Positions 1 to 10,911 of a stretch of DNA of 64,000 nucleotides are shown here, in pieces (position 1 is the first letter of the stretch; the number at the start of each line of letters is the position of its first letter). Origin of the DNA: an uncultured Acidobacteriota bacterium (GTDB lineage Bacteria > Acidobacteriota > Thermoanaerobaculia > UBA5066 > DATFVB01); NCBI GenBank assembly GCA_963813155.1, contig CAWEYG010000001.1:288001-352000 (forward strand), written 5' to 3'. Below the pieces are notes generated by a model. The model did not search any database. It worked only from the letters and a program-made list of their open reading frames with translations, and was not told the DNA's origin. A program made the position numbers and the translations under genes.

Positions 1-1179
1 GAACGACGGCCGTCGAACGCGCCGTCGTGATGAAGCACGTTCGCATCAACCCGGCGGACTTCGATCAGAAGAGGGAACGAAGTCTATGCCTCGCAGCGGC
101 AAATGGTGCGCGACACGGACAGGGGACTGAAATACCTTCTTCCCGATCCCGCGCATCCCGGCGGGCGCGTGGTCGAGGAGTACGTTTCGAAAAAGAGCCT
201 GTTCGGCGCCGCCGGCGCCTTCTACGACGGATCGCTCTCGTACCCCGTCCCCCTGCTCGGGATCCAGTACTTCAATTTCGACCTCTTCAAAACGGGCAAG
301 CAGATCTCGACGTTCTTCGCGGGGGCTGTTCTCACGACGAACTACACCGATCCGGCGTTCCTCGGCTCGCGGTTCGACCTCGGCGCCGACGTCTTCGCGT
401 TCGCAATCCCGTTCGGCGACGCGTCGTATCGGAACGGAAAAGAAGTCAAGAGCGAGCGGCTCAAGCACGTGCCGGCCGTGTTTCAGATCAACGCCGGCCA
501 CCCGCTCGGGCCGTATCTCAAGGCGTCGCTCGGGATCTTCGCGAAATGGGACGACTACCAGCGCGATCCCGACACAGACCACGACTTCGTCACGCCCGCC
601 GACACGTTCACGTTCGGCGAAGAGCTCAAGCTCACCTCGAACATCAGCGGCTTCGCCGCGACGCTCGACTACTCGAGATTTCACCGCGACGACTGGCCGT
701 TCTGGGGGATCCCCGGAACATCGGAGTACGAGCCGTCGCAGCGCGATTACGAGAAGTGGTCGGCACAGGTCTCGAAGGACTACTACTTCTCGGGGTTCCG
801 GAAGATTCACGCAGCGCTCACGTACCTCTCCGGCTCGGACCTCGACCGCTTCTCGCGATACGAGTTCGGAGCGTTCTCCGGAAATCCTCTGCGCGGCTAC
901 CAGAGCGGGGCGCTGCGAACGAAGCAGGCGTGGATCATGAACCTCTCGTACGGGCTGAACATCGAGAACATCATCCGCCTCGAAGCGCTCTACGACCAGG
1001 CGATCCTGAACGACGAGGTCTCCGGGTTCCACCACCAGTACTATTCGGGCGTCGGGATCTCCGGGCAGTTGAACGGTCCCTGGAACAACTCGCTCGTGCG
1101 ATTCGACGTCGGAGTGCCCGCCGTCTCGCACGGCATCCACGGAGTGTCCGGTTCGGTGCTCCTGCTGAAGCTCTTCTAG
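1..1179 (+). CDS. Outer-membrane beta-barrel-type hypothetical protein, 5' partial, with apparent 1-nt frameshift near 73-76
   Basis: ORF 103-1179 is aromatic-rich with amphipathic beta-strands and a C-terminal Phe (..VLLLKLF). Coding-like sequence continues upstream in frame 3 (TTAVERAVVMKHVRINPADFDQKR) and joins if one G of AAGAGGGAAC is removed. Confidence 0.6.
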
Positions 1180-1183
1180 CCGG

Positions 1184-2086
1184 CTAGTCGGCCTCCATCA
1201 GCTTCGTCTCGAGCACGAGCGAAGGACTGAATTTCTCGATCCGAAGGTAGAACTCCGCGGCCTGGTACAGAGCCTCGGCGGGCGTCAGGCCCACGATCTC
1301 GCTTCCGACGACGTTGACTCCGTATCGCGCCGCCTCCGACTTCACGCACTCGAAGACGCGGTGGAGAGGGGTTTTCCGGAAATTCGTCATGTTGATCGAG
1401 ACCTGGACGATGCCGCGATCCTTCAGCTCGACCCCCATCGCCTTGCAGTATCGAAAGCCGCCTCCGAGATGGCGTATCGAGCGCGCGATCGTGTCGGCCA
1501 CGGAGAAATCCGCCGTCCCGAGGTTGATGTTGTAAGCGATGAGGGGCATCCGGGCCCCGACGACGGTCGCCCCGGCCGTCGGATGCGGGCGGTCGGGCCC
1601 GAAGTCGGGCTTCCACCCCGGCGCCCGCATTTTCTCGCCGAGGCCTTCGAACTCTCCCTTTCGGATGTTCGAAAGGTTACGCCTCTCCTCCAGCGTCGCG
1701 GCGTCCTCGTACAGGTAGATCGGAATCCCGAACCGCCGGGCGGCCTCCTCGCCAACGACCCGGGCGATCGCGACGCAGTCGGCGGCGGTCGCGCCTCGGA
1801 TCGGGATGAAGGGGACGACGTCGACAGCGCCGATTCTCGGGTGCTGGCCGGAGTGCGTCGTCAGGTCGATCCTCGCGATCGCCGCCTCCATCACGGCGAG
1901 CGCCCCCCGGCCGATGGACTCGGAGTCTCCGACCATCGTCAGAACGCTCCGGTTGTGGTCCGCATCCGAGGTGAGATCGAGGACCTTGACGCCGGCGACG
2001 GCGCGAGCGGCCTCGGCGATCGCGGCGATCTTTTCCGGGTCGCGCCCTTCGGAGAAGTTCGGCACACATTCGACGATCTGCTTCAA
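1184..2086 (-). CDS. ftcD: Glutamate formiminotransferase
   Basis: ECVPNFSEGR, DADHNRSV, HPRIGAVDVVPF and RMPLIAYNINL motifs; TTG start after GAGGTGG. The upstream part of the 918-aa ORF is an antisense shadow. Confidence 0.9.
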   Translation of the reverse strand: MKQIVECVPNFSEGRDPEKIAAIAEAARAVAGVKVLDLTSDADHNRSVLTMVGDSESIGRGALAVMEAAIARIDLTTHSGQHPRIGAVDVVPFIPIRGATAADCVAIARVVGEEAARRFGIPIYLYEDAATLEERRNLSNIRKGEFEGLGEKMRAPGWKPDFGPDRPHPTAGATVVGARMPLIAYNINLGTADFSVADTIARSIRHLGGGFRYCKAMGVELKDRGIVQVSINMTNFRKTPLHRVFECVKSEAARYGVNVVGSEIVGLTPAEALYQAAEFYLRIEKFSPSLVLETKLMEAD

Positions 2087-2122
2087 TTTCCCACCTCGCT
2101 TTGTTATCCTCTTCCTGACCTT

Positions 2123-4171
2123 ATGGCCGACAATATCGCTTATCCGGGCAATCCGTCGCTCCCGAAGGAAGTGCGGGACAAGATCCTTTCGACGTTCCGG
2201 CATTCTCTCGGCCTCTACGGCGAGGGAAAAACGGTGGATTGCGCCGTGGGATGCGAGTTCATCCTGAAAATGGATCCCCGGTTCGGGCCCGCGAAGAAAC
2301 TGCTCGAGAAAGCCCGCAATCCGGCCGCCGACGTCGACGTCGCGGAGTTGCAGAGCTCTCTCGGCGAGGAGGTTGCCGCGCCCGGGAATCTCGGGGACGA
2401 AGCTCCCGACAAGCTCCTCATCTCGGCGATCGAAGCGTTCGCCGACCGGAATTTCGACACGGCGATCGAGAACGCGAACCGCGTCCTCGCAGCGCTTCCG
2501 GGCAACAACGACGCCCGCGAGATTCTGGAGAAGGCGCGGCGCAAGCGGGACCTTCAGCCGCACGTGGAAAACTTCCGCCAGCGCGCGCTCTTCGCGCTCG
2601 AGTCGGGCCAGGTCGAGGAAGCGCGGCTCAACTTCGAACGAATGCGCAACCTCGATCCCGAGCACCCGGAAGTCGAAAAGCTCGCGGCACGGCTCGAAGG
2701 AGGCGGCGCTTCCGCGGCAATTCCGATTTCGCCGCCCGCCATGGAGGAGTCCGAGTTTCGTTTCGACCTCAGCGAGCCCGGAACGGCCCCGGTCGAACCG
2801 TTTCGGCCCTCGGCCGGATCCGGCGCGCCGGCAACGGGAATCGAGGGTCTCGATCTCGGCCCCCTCGCCGAAAGCCCACCCCTTTCGGAATGGGCTCCGA
2901 TTTCGGACGCGGCCCCTCCCCCGTCGTTCGGACAATCCTCGACGGCGGAAGCCCCGCAGCCGAACTTCGCGGACCTGTGGAGCCCGGAGCCCCCCGCGTC
3001 CGCTTCGGGATCGCCCGGAGCGACGAGCCCGGACGAAATTGCCCGGCTGTTGCGGGAGGGCGACGAGCTTTCGTCCCGAAACCCCCAGGCGGCCATCGAG
3101 ACCTGGTCCCGGATCTTTCTGCTCGATCTGGGGAACGCCGACGCGACGACGAGAATCGAGAACGCGCGATCGAAGCTCGCGGAAACGAACCGGCGCGTTT
3201 CGGACGCCCTCAAGACGGGACGATCCCTCTACGACGGCGGTCAGCTGAAAGAGGCGCGGGAGAAATTTCTCGAGGTCCTCGCAATCGACGAGAACGAGCC
3301 CACCGCCCGGTCGTTCCTCCAGCGCATCGAGAACGACATGTCGCGGCCCCAGGGCTCCTACGACCTTTCCCTCACCTCGCCGCGCGGCGACGTGCTGGAC
3401 GACGACGAGTTGTCGCCGAGGGAAGCGCCCGCCGCAGCTTTCTCCGCCGACCGCGCCGAACGAGAGCCGCCGGCGGCGAAACGGCGCAAGTCCTGGCTTC
3501 CGCTCGGGGCGGGCGCCGCGCTCGTGATCGCGATCGGCGCGGGCCTCTACTTCGTGCTCCGTCCGGGGCAAACGGCGCCGCCCCCTGAATCGGCCAGACC
3601 CCTGCCGAAACGCCGGGCCGAGGTGCCGCCATCGGCCGAGCCCGCCCCCGTGTCGCCGGGTACCGGCTCGACAGCGATCCCTGTTCCGAACGCTCCGCCT
3701 CCCGGAGCGGACGCCAAGCGCGCCGAGGCGGAGGCCGCGCTCGCCGGGCACCATTACATCGCGGCCCTCACGGCGTTCAATCTGTGCGCGTCCGCTTATC
3801 CGGCCGACCCCGGGTTTCGACAGGAAATGGGCCAGGCGGCCGATCGCGTCGGCGAGATTTCCCCCGCGGTCAAGCTCTACAACGACGGCGATTACGAGAC
3901 CGCCCTGCCGATCCTGTGGCGGCTGAACCAGGCCGATCACCAGAACGAAGACGTCCGGTCGTATCTCGTCCGGGCCTATTACAACCTCGGCGTCCTCAAC
4001 CTCCAGAACAGCTTCTTCGACAAGGCGTCGCGTTCCTTCGCGGACGCGCTCGGCGTCGACCCCAACGACGCGCTGGCGAAAAGGCAGAAGGCGTTCGCCG
4101 ACCGGTACATGAAGAAACCGCCCGATCTTCTCGCGCGAATTTACGTGAAGTACCTCCGGCCCCGCCCATGA
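2123..4171 (+). CDS. Membrane-anchored tetratricopeptide-repeat protein
   Basis: Several TPR-like helical pairs (e.g. AREKFLEVLAIDENEPTA, AYYNLGVLNLQ..ALGVDPNDALA), Pro/acidic linkers and one TM segment (WLPLGAGAALVIAIGAGLYFVL); ATG at 2123. Confidence 0.7.
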   Translation: MADNIAYPGNPSLPKEVRDKILSTFRHSLGLYGEGKTVDCAVGCEFILKMDPRFGPAKKLLEKARNPAADVDVAELQSSLGEEVAAPGNLGDEAPDKLLISAIEAFADRNFDTAIENANRVLAALPGNNDAREILEKARRKRDLQPHVENFRQRALFALESGQVEEARLNFERMRNLDPEHPEVEKLAARLEGGGASAAIPISPPAMEESEFRFDLSEPGTAPVEPFRPSAGSGAPATGIEGLDLGPLAESPPLSEWAPISDAAPPPSFGQSSTAEAPQPNFADLWSPEPPASASGSPGATSPDEIARLLREGDELSSRNPQAAIETWSRIFLLDLGNADATTRIENARSKLAETNRRVSDALKTGRSLYDGGQLKEAREKFLEVLAIDENEPTARSFLQRIENDMSRPQGSYDLSLTSPRGDVLDDDELSPREAPAAAFSADRAEREPPAAKRRKSWLPLGAGAALVIAIGAGLYFVLRPGQTAPPPESARPLPKRRAEVPPSAEPAPVSPGTGSTAIPVPNAPPPGADAKRAEAEAALAGHHYIAALTAFNLCASAYPADPGFRQEMGQAADRVGEISPAVKLYNDGDYETALPILWRLNQADHQNEDVRSYLVRAYYNLGVLNLQNSFFDKASRSFADALGVDPNDALAKRQKAFADRYMKKPPDLLARIYVKYLRPRP

Positions 4172-4794
4172 CGGAAGACGAGGATCTCGAGCTTCGCCTT
4201 TCGGCCGAGGCCGAGCCGGACCCGCTCGATCGCGTTCTCATCCAGCGACCGGGGGATCTTTTCCCGTCCGCCGATCTGGATCGGCGCCGGATGTCGGGCG
4301 AGCCGGCGGAATCTTCGTCCCTCTTTCCGCGCGAGGACGAGCCGTCTCCCCCGGCGACGGCGAATCTTTCGCCGGATCGCGCCGCTCCGATGGCGGGGCG
4401 CGCGCGGGCATTCGGCACGGATGCGCTGCTGTGCAGCCTCGTGGGCGTCGGGGCATTTCTCGGGGCGGCGGCAAGCGTGCAGCGGACTCCGTCCGCGCAA
4501 TCCTGGATCTGGTGCGTCCTGTTCACCCTTCAGGTCTCGTTCTTCCTCTGCGTGCCGTCGCTCGTTCTCTTCGGGAAGACGCCGGGAATGGCCCTCGCGG
4601 ACCTGACCGTCGAGCGGGAGGACGGCGAAAAGCCGTCGATCTCCGCCGCGGCGCGTCGCTGGCTTCTCGCCGTCGTGACCGCCGCCCTGGCCGGGCTTCC
4701 GCTCCTCACGATCGCGTTCGATCGCCGCCGCCGCACTCCCGCGGATCTCGCGTCCGGATGGCCTCTTCGCCCTTTGCCGGAGTCCCTGCGCTGA
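4168..4794 (+). CDS. RDD family membrane protein
   Basis: RARAFGTD, GKTPGM, AAARRW and RRTPADLASG match the RDD pattern; ATGA overlap with the upstream gene. Confidence 0.75.
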   Translation: MTEDEDLELRLSAEAEPDPLDRVLIQRPGDLFPSADLDRRRMSGEPAESSSLFPREDEPSPPATANLSPDRAAPMAGRARAFGTDALLCSLVGVGAFLGAAASVQRTPSAQSWIWCVLFTLQVSFFLCVPSLVLFGKTPGMALADLTVEREDGEKPSISAAARRWLLAVVTAALAGLPLLTIAFDRRRRTPADLASGWPLRPLPESLR

Positions 4795-5477
4795 GCGAGG
4801 GCTCTTCTCGATATGGATGGAAGGCGATTCCCGGCTCTTCCCACGAGATCCTGAGACGCCGGCTTCTCGCGCTTCCCCGCGAAACCGCCGTGCTCGACCT
4901 GGGCGCGGGAAACGGGCACCTCGGCTCCGCCGTGCGCGCCCATGTTTCGCATCTGACGGGAGTCGAGTCGGACCCGGCCGCGGCATCCGCGCCGGCCGCC
5001 GCGGCGTACGACCGCTGGATCACGGCGAGCCTTTCTGCCGAACTTCCCGTCGGGCGCCGGTTCGACGTCATTCTCTGCGCGGACATTCTCGAGCATCTCA
5101 GCGATCCGGATCACCTGCTCGGGGCGGTCCGGGGGTGGATCGAGCCGGGCGGCAAGCTCCTCGTCTCGATTCCCAACGTCGCCAATATCACCGTGCGACT
5201 CGCCATCCTGGCGGGGCGATTCCCGTACTCGGATCGCGGGCTGCTCGACCGCACGCATTTGCGATTCTTCACGCGCCGCTCCGCTCGTCAGCTCGTCGAG
5301 AACTGCGGCTTCGCCGTCGACCGGGTGACCGCGACCGCGATGCCTCTCGAGCTCGCCTGGCCGGTGCTCGGCCGGTTTCCGCTCCGCCCGCTCTTTCGCG
5401 CTTTCACGGTGGCCGCGGCCCGCCTCTGGCCGACGCTTTTCGGCTACCAGTTCGTCATCGAGGCGCACGCCCGGTGA
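4791..5477 (+). CDS. Class I SAM-dependent methyltransferase (glycan-associated)
   Basis: VLDLGAGNG motif I, ADILEHL, LVSIPN, GLLDRTHLRFFT. Start is uncertain (CTG 4791 or ATG 4758). Confidence 0.8.
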   Translation: MSEGSSRYGWKAIPGSSHEILRRRLLALPRETAVLDLGAGNGHLGSAVRAHVSHLTGVESDPAAASAPAAAAYDRWITASLSAELPVGRRFDVILCADILEHLSDPDHLLGAVRGWIEPGGKLLVSIPNVANITVRLAILAGRFPYSDRGLLDRTHLRFFTRRSARQLVENCGFAVDRVTATAMPLELAWPVLGRFPLRPLFRAFTVAAARLWPTLFGYQFVIEAHAR

Positions 5478-6181
5478 ACGTTTCGCTCGTCATCCCCGCC
5501 TACAACGAGGCCGACCGGATACTGCCCTCGATCGCGCGAATCGCGCAATACCTCCGCGAAAAAGGCGAGCTCTGGGAAGTGATCGTCGTCGACGACGGCT
5601 CCCGCGACGGCACCGGTTCTTCCGTCCGAAACGCCGCGAAAGCGAACGGCCTGCCGGTCCGGGTGATCGAGCTTCCCGAGAACCGCGGAAAAGGGGCCGC
5701 CGTCCGCGCCGGCGTTCTCGAGTCCCGCGGCGACTGGGTCCTGATCATGGACGCAGATCTCTCCACCCCGATCGAGGAGTGGGAGAAGCTCCGCGACAGC
5801 GGGGCCCGCGTCGCGATCGGATCGCGAGCCCTCGACGAATCGCTGATCCGGCGCAAGCAGCCGTGGTACCGGCGGACGATGGGAAAGACGTTCAACCGAT
5901 TCGTGCAAATGCTCTCGGTTCGCGGGATCCGGGACACGCAGTGCGGGTTCAAGTGGATCGAAGGAAACCTGGCCCGCGAGCTCTTCGCCCGGGCCCGAAT
6001 CGACCGGTTCGCCTACGACGTCGAGATTCTGTCGATGTGCCGCGGCCTCGGCGTCGAAATCGCGGAGGTGCCGGTCGTCTGGATGAACTCGCCGCAGTCG
6101 AAGGTGTCGGTCGTCTCCGATTCCCTGCGAATGCTTCGCGATCTCGTTCGAATCCGGATTGCTTCGGGCCGGAACCGCTGA
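5474..6181 (+). CDS. GT2 polyprenyl-phosphate glycosyltransferase (DPM/DPG synthase-like)
   Basis: SLVIPAYNE, VVDDGSRDGT, NRGKGAAV, DADLS, DTQCGFK, FAYDVE; GTG start overlapping the upstream stop. Confidence 0.85.
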   Translation: MNVSLVIPAYNEADRILPSIARIAQYLREKGELWEVIVVDDGSRDGTGSSVRNAAKANGLPVRVIELPENRGKGAAVRAGVLESRGDWVLIMDADLSTPIEEWEKLRDSGARVAIGSRALDESLIRRKQPWYRRTMGKTFNRFVQMLSVRGIRDTQCGFKWIEGNLARELFARARIDRFAYDVEILSMCRGLGVEIAEVPVVWMNSPQSKVSVVSDSLRMLRDLVRIRIASGRNR

Positions 6182-6183
6182 CG

Positions 6184-7458
6184 CTACTCCGCCAGGTCGA
6201 GGGGAAACTCGTGGCAAAGGTCGGTCACCTGACGACGGACTCTTCGCTGGACCTCCGGATCCGCCAGGGCTGAGAGAACTTCCGAAATCGCGTCGGCGAT
6301 GCGACCCATCTCGCCGGTCTCCATCCCGCGTGTCGTCACGGCCGGAGTGCCGATGCGAACGCCGGAAGCCTTCAGCGGCGGCAGCGGATCGAACGGAATC
6401 GTGTTCTTGTTGACGGTAATCCCCGCTGCGTCGAGCGCCTTCTCGGCGTCCTTTCCGGTGAGGCCCTTCGCCCCGACGTCGATCAGGAAGAGGTGCGTGT
6501 CGGTGCCGCCGGAAACGATCCGCCAGCCGCGTCCCGAAAGCGCGGACGCGAGGGCGCGCGCGTTCTCGACGACGCGGCGCTGGTAATCGCGGAATTCCGG
6601 CGTCGCGGCCTCCAGGAAGCAGACCGCCTTCGCGGCGATGATGTGCTCGAGGGGGCCTCCCTGCACGCCCGGAAAAACGTTGCGGTCGAGGTCTTTTTGC
6701 CTCTCCGATTTGCAGAGAACCATGCCGCCGCGGGGACCCCGAAGGGTCTTGTGGGTCGTCGTCGTCACGAACGGAGCCCGCCCGACGGGCGTCGGATGCA
6801 GCCCGGCCACGATCAGGCCGGCGATGTGGGAGATGTCGCACATGAGAACCGCGCCGATTTCGTCGGCGATATCCGCGAATCTCGCGAAGTCGATCGTGCG
6901 GGAGTAGGCCGAGGCTCCCGCGATGATCAGCTTGGGGCGGTGTTCCCGGGCCTCGCGCGCGAGCTCGTCATAGTCGATTTGCTCATCCTCCTTCCGGACC
7001 CCGTATGCGAAGACCTTGTACTCGCGTCCGGAGAACGAAAGGGGGTGCCCGTGCGTCAAATGGCCCCCGTGGGAAAGGTTCATTCCGAGAATCGCGTCGC
7101 CCGGCGATAGCGCGGTCAGGTAAACCGCCATGTTCGCCTGAGACCCGGAGTGCGGCTGGACGTTCGCGTGCTCGGCTCCGAACAGCGCCTTCGCGCGGTC
7201 GATCGCGAGCGTTTCGACCCGGTCGACGAACTCGCACCCTCCGTAGTAGCGGCGGCCCGGATAGCCCTCGGCGTACTTGTTCGTCAAGACTGAGCCCGCG
7301 GCCTCCCGGACGGCGCGCGACACGAAATTCTCCGAGGCGATCAGCTCCAGGTTGTCGTTCTGGCGGCCAGCCTCGTCGCGAATCGCCGCCGCGACGTCGG
7401 GATCGACCGCGGAGAGCTCGCGGGAGAGAAACGAGAGGGACGTCAGCGTCTTGCTCAT
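6184..7458 (-). CDS. glyA: Serine hydroxymethyltransferase
   Basis: [50 protein letters not shown]. Confidence 0.97.
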   Translation of the reverse strand: MSKTLTSLSFLSRELSAVDPDVAAAIRDEAGRQNDNLELIASENFVSRAVREAAGSVLTNKYAEGYPGRRYYGGCEFVDRVETLAIDRAKALFGAEHANVQPHSGSQANMAVYLTALSPGDAILGMNLSHGGHLTHGHPLSFSGREYKVFAYGVRKEDEQIDYDELAREAREHRPKLIIAGASAYSRTIDFARFADIADEIGAVLMCDISHIAGLIVAGLHPTPVGRAPFVTTTTHKTLRGPRGGMVLCKSERQKDLDRNVFPGVQGGPLEHIIAAKAVCFLEAATPEFRDYQRRVVENARALASALSGRGWRIVSGGTDTHLFLIDVGAKGLTGKDAEKALDAAGITVNKNTIPFDPLPPLKASGVRIGTPAVTTRGMETGEMGRIADAISEVLSALADPEVQRRVRRQVTDLCHEFPLDLAE

Positions 7459-7471
7459 GGCGCAGATCCTT

Positions 7472-8773
7472 TCACAACGCGCCGCGTCCGGGAAAGGCGG
7501 CCGTCAGGTCCTCGAATTCCTGGAGTGCGAACTTGTCGGTCATTCCGGCGATGTGATCCGCGATCGCGCGAAGGAACGCGGGTCGAAATCGATAGCTCTT
7601 GTCCGCCTCGCGGGGTACCTCGGAAAGCGGGATGTCGCGCAGGTAACGAAGCTTCTGGCCCGACGAGTATTGCCGCAGAACGTCGTCCGGAAGGAGCCGG
7701 GGATTGTCGTGAAACGCGAGGAAGAGTCCCCGGACGACGAGCCTCGCCTGGCCGTCGCGCCGGGCGATCGGGAACGAGTGGATGATGTTCCGGTAGACGA
7801 AGTCCTTCAACTCCCGGTACCGGCGAAGGCCCTCCGCCGAAAACGAGACGAGGTCCCCGGGAATGCGGTCCCGGATCTCGTAGAAGCGCCCGGTCGAAGT
7901 GATCCGGTTGCGCTCGATCCAGGCCTGGATCTTCTTGCCGGAAAACGTGATGAGGTCGCCGATCATTTCGTTGTAGAGCCCCCGGATGAGCTCCGCGCGG
8001 CGAAGATCGCGGGAGCCGGGGGTGCCCCGGCGGCCGCGGATCCGGCGCGAAATCTCCAGTTGTTCGATTCTCTCTTCGGCGATCATCGCGACGCCGTCTT
8101 CGAGATCATGGGCCTGTTGCGCGATTTCATCGGACCAATTGACGACCTGCGCCTCCAGCGATCCGCCCGACGAGAGCCGCAGACCTTCCGGGAATTCCAG
8201 GGGAAAGGGATAGTCCTTCTTCCAGAGCGTGTGCTTGAGGATTCCCTCCCTCACCTCGTGGGTAAGGTTCAAGCCCGGGTGCTCGTACCGGTTTTCGAGG
8301 CGATCGACGACCCGGACCGACTGAAAGTTGTGCTTGAACCCTCCCGCCGCTCGCGGAAGCTTCAGGGCCGGGTCTTCCCCGCGCAGCAGGCGGTCGAGGA
8401 CGTACTCGCCCGAGTGGCCGAAAGGGGTGTGGCCGAGATCGTGCCCGAGGGCGATCGCTTCGGTCAGGTCCTCGTTCAACGCGAGCACCCGCGAGACGGA
8501 GCGCGCGATCTGCGAAACTTCCAGCGTGTGGGTGAGCCGGGTGCGAAAGTGATCGCCTTCGAACGGGATGAAGACCTGCGTCTTGTGCTTGAGCCGGCGG
8601 AAAGCCCTCGAATGGAGGAGGCGATCGCGGTCCCTCGCGAACGAGGAGCGAAACGAGTCCTTCGCCTCCTCGTCGGTGCCGTACGGCCGTTCCGCGCGCG
8701 AGCTCTTCGAGGCCGCGACGGAGAGCCGTTCTTCTTCCGCCGCCTCCCAGAGGGATCGGGGAGTCGCCTTCAA
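7472..8773 (-). CDS. dgt: dGTP triphosphohydrolase (HD family)
   Basis: [50 protein letters not shown]; TTG start overlapping the folC stop. Confidence 0.88.
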   Translation of the reverse strand: MKATPRSLWEAAEEERLSVAASKSSRAERPYGTDEEAKDSFRSSFARDRDRLLHSRAFRRLKHKTQVFIPFEGDHFRTRLTHTLEVSQIARSVSRVLALNEDLTEAIALGHDLGHTPFGHSGEYVLDRLLRGEDPALKLPRAAGGFKHNFQSVRVVDRLENRYEHPGLNLTHEVREGILKHTLWKKDYPFPLEFPEGLRLSSGGSLEAQVVNWSDEIAQQAHDLEDGVAMIAEERIEQLEISRRIRGRRGTPGSRDLRRAELIRGLYNEMIGDLITFSGKKIQAWIERNRITSTGRFYEIRDRIPGDLVSFSAEGLRRYRELKDFVYRNIIHSFPIARRDGQARLVVRGLFLAFHDNPRLLPDDVLRQYSSGQKLRYLRDIPLSEVPREADKSYRFRPAFLRAIADHIAGMTDKFALQEFEDLTAAFPGRGAL

Positions 8774-10059
8774 GCGGGCTCCGACGCCGGGATCGCACGC
8801 TGGAGAAGGCCGCGGCGCACCTCGCCGACCAGATAAAGAGATCCCGCAACGAGAGCCTCGGGCGCGCCGGCCGCGAGGATTCGCTCGAGGCCTTCGGCCG
8901 GAGAGGCCGCGACCTCGGCGTCCGCCCGCAGGCCCGAGAGCTTCGTCCGAAGCGATTCGGGAGACGCGGCCCGCGCGACAGCGGGAGCGGTCAGAACGAC
9001 TCTTCGCGCAAGCGGCAGGAGACGCGAGGCGATCCCCGCGACATCCTTGTCTTCCATCGCCCCGAAGAGAAGGTCGAACGGAGGACGCCCGCGAAAGAAG
9101 TCGGAAACCGCGGCGGCTCCCGCGGGATTGTGGCAGCCGTCGAGCCAGACGATCTTGCCCGCGACCGGAATCGCTTCCAACCGCCCCGGCCACCTCGTCT
9201 TCGAGACGCCTTCGACGATCGCTTCGCGCGAGAACCGCGGATCGCGGCCGCGCAGCTCTTCTGCCGCGAGGACGGCGATGCCGACGTTTTCCACCTGATG
9301 CCTGCCGCGAAGAGGCGTCTCGACCTCGTAGACGTCGTTCGGCGTCTCGAGCCGGAACGCCTGGCCCGCCGCCGTCTCCCGGCGGCCGGAAACCCGGAGC
9401 GCCGCGCTCGCCGCGACGAACCGCGACCCCACGCGCCCGGCCTCGGCGGCGAGGACCGCGAGCGCCGCGGCGTCGTTCCCGCCGCAGATCGCGGGACGGC
9501 CCGGACGAAACACTCCCGCCTTCTCCTTCGCGATCGCCTCGACGGTCTCCCCGAGGTCCTCGACGTGGTCGAGCCCGACGGACGCGACGACCGAGACGAG
9601 CGGCTCAGACGCGTTCGTCGCGTCGAGGCGTCCGCCGAGGCCGACCTCGACGACCGCAAACTCGCAGGGGGCGCCGGCGAACAGCAGCTCGGCCGCCGCC
9701 GTCACCGCCTCGAAGTACGTCACCGGCACGGCCGGGGTCCGCGCCGCCGCGCGAAAGACGCGATCCAGCGCCGACTCCAGCGACGCCCGATCGACGTCCT
9801 CGTCCCCGATGCGGATCCTCTCGGCGACGTCGATCAGGTGCGGCGACGTGTGGAGGCCGCAGCGGATGCCCGCCGCGCGGCAGATCGACGAGAGGGTCGC
9901 CGCGACGGAGCCCTTCCCGTTCGTGCCGGCGATCAGAGCCCGGGGAACCTTCCGATCCGGGCGGCCGAGCCGCTCGAGGAGGTCGCGAATGGATTTCAGG
10001 CCGAGCCGCATCCCGCGCGGCGAAAGCGACGCGAGCGTTTCGAGGGGATCGGCCGTCAG
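8770..10059 (-). CDS. folC: Folylpolyglutamate synthase / dihydrofolate synthase
   Basis: IAGTNGKGS, HTSPHL..ERI, TYFE, VEVGLGGRLDATN, WPGRLE, DGCHN, GSLYLVG. Start is probably CTG 10059 (alternative ATG 10011). Confidence 0.92.
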   Translation of the reverse strand: MTADPLETLASLSPRGMRLGLKSIRDLLERLGRPDRKVPRALIAGTNGKGSVAATLSSICRAAGIRCGLHTSPHLIDVAERIRIGDEDVDRASLESALDRVFRAAARTPAVPVTYFEAVTAAAELLFAGAPCEFAVVEVGLGGRLDATNASEPLVSVVASVGLDHVEDLGETVEAIAKEKAGVFRPGRPAICGGNDAAALAVLAAEAGRVGSRFVAASAALRVSGRRETAAGQAFRLETPNDVYEVETPLRGRHQVENVGIAVLAAEELRGRDPRFSREAIVEGVSKTRWPGRLEAIPVAGKIVWLDGCHNPAGAAAVSDFFRGRPPFDLLFGAMEDKDVAGIASRLLPLARRVVLTAPAVARAASPESLRTKLSGLRADAEVAASPAEGLERILAAGAPEALVAGSLYLVGEVRRGLLQRAIPASEPA

Positions 10060-10898
10060 GCGAGGAAGAGGTTCAGGCAACGGCCCACCGTTTCTTTCAG
10101 GTCCTTTCGCTCGACGACCATGTCGAGCATCCCGTGCTCGAGCAGAAACTCCGAGCGCTGAAACCCCGCCGGGAGCGTCTGCCGGATTGTCTGCTCGATC
10201 ACGCGGGGTCCCGCGAAGCCGATCAGGGCCTTCGGCTCGGCGATGTTCAGGTCGCCGAGCATCGCGTAGGAAGCGGTGACTCCCCCCGTCGTCGGGTCCG
10301 TGAGGATCGAGAGATACGGCAGACGCTGGCTCGCCAGGCGCGCGAGCGCGGCGGACGTCTTCGCCATCTGCATGAGCGAAAGCACGCCTTCCTGCATCCG
10401 GGCTCCGCCGGAGGCGGAAACGATGACGAGCGCGGCCCGCTCCTCGATACACCGCTCGGCGGCGCGGGCAATCTTCTCTCCCACGACGCTTCCCATCGAG
10501 CCACCCATGAACGCGTACTCCATCGCAACGACGACCGCGGGAAAGCCGGCGATCTTCCCCTTCCCCACGATCGCCGCGTCGCTCGTGCCGACCGAGTCCT
10601 CGTATTGTTTCAGGCGGTCCCGGTAGCGCTTCGTGTCCTTGAAGTGGAGCGGATCGCCCGAACGAAGCTCCCCTTCGTAAACGACGAACTCCTCGCCGTC
10701 GAAGAGGGAGCGAAGCCTTTCGCCGGCCGAGAGCGGGAAATGATAGCCGCAGCGAGGGCAGATCTTGAAAAGCCGCTGAAGCTCCTTGCCGAAAATGATC
10801 TCGCGGCACGACGTGCATTTCACCCAGAGTCCCTCGGGGACTTTGCTCGGGCGATTCTGACGCGGTTCCTTCGGGGCGCGATCCTTCTTGAACCACAT
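10056..10898 (-). CDS. accD: Acetyl-CoA carboxylase carboxyltransferase beta subunit
   Basis: LWVKCxxC..CPRC zinc finger, FMGGSMG, SGGARMQEG, PTTGGVTAS, IGFAGPRVIEQT. Confidence 0.96.
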   Translation of the reverse strand: MWFKKDRAPKEPRQNRPSKVPEGLWVKCTSCREIIFGKELQRLFKICPRCGYHFPLSAGERLRSLFDGEEFVVYEGELRSGDPLHFKDTKRYRDRLKQYEDSVGTSDAAIVGKGKIAGFPAVVVAMEYAFMGGSMGSVVGEKIARAAERCIEERAALVIVSASGGARMQEGVLSLMQMAKTSAALARLASQRLPYLSILTDPTTGGVTASYAMLGDLNIAEPKALIGFAGPRVIEQTIRQTLPAGFQRSEFLLEHGMLDMVVERKDLKETVGRCLNLFLA

Positions 10899-10911
10899 GA
10901 TTGAAAGGATT

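Noticed and set aside
2087-3940. Long N-terminal extension of FtcD
   Set aside because: Antisense to the TPR gene; FtcD homology begins at the TTG at 2086.
7472-8773. Anti-phage dGTPase
   Set aside because: Tightly coupled between folC and glyA in a housekeeping operon with native codon usage; there is no defence context.
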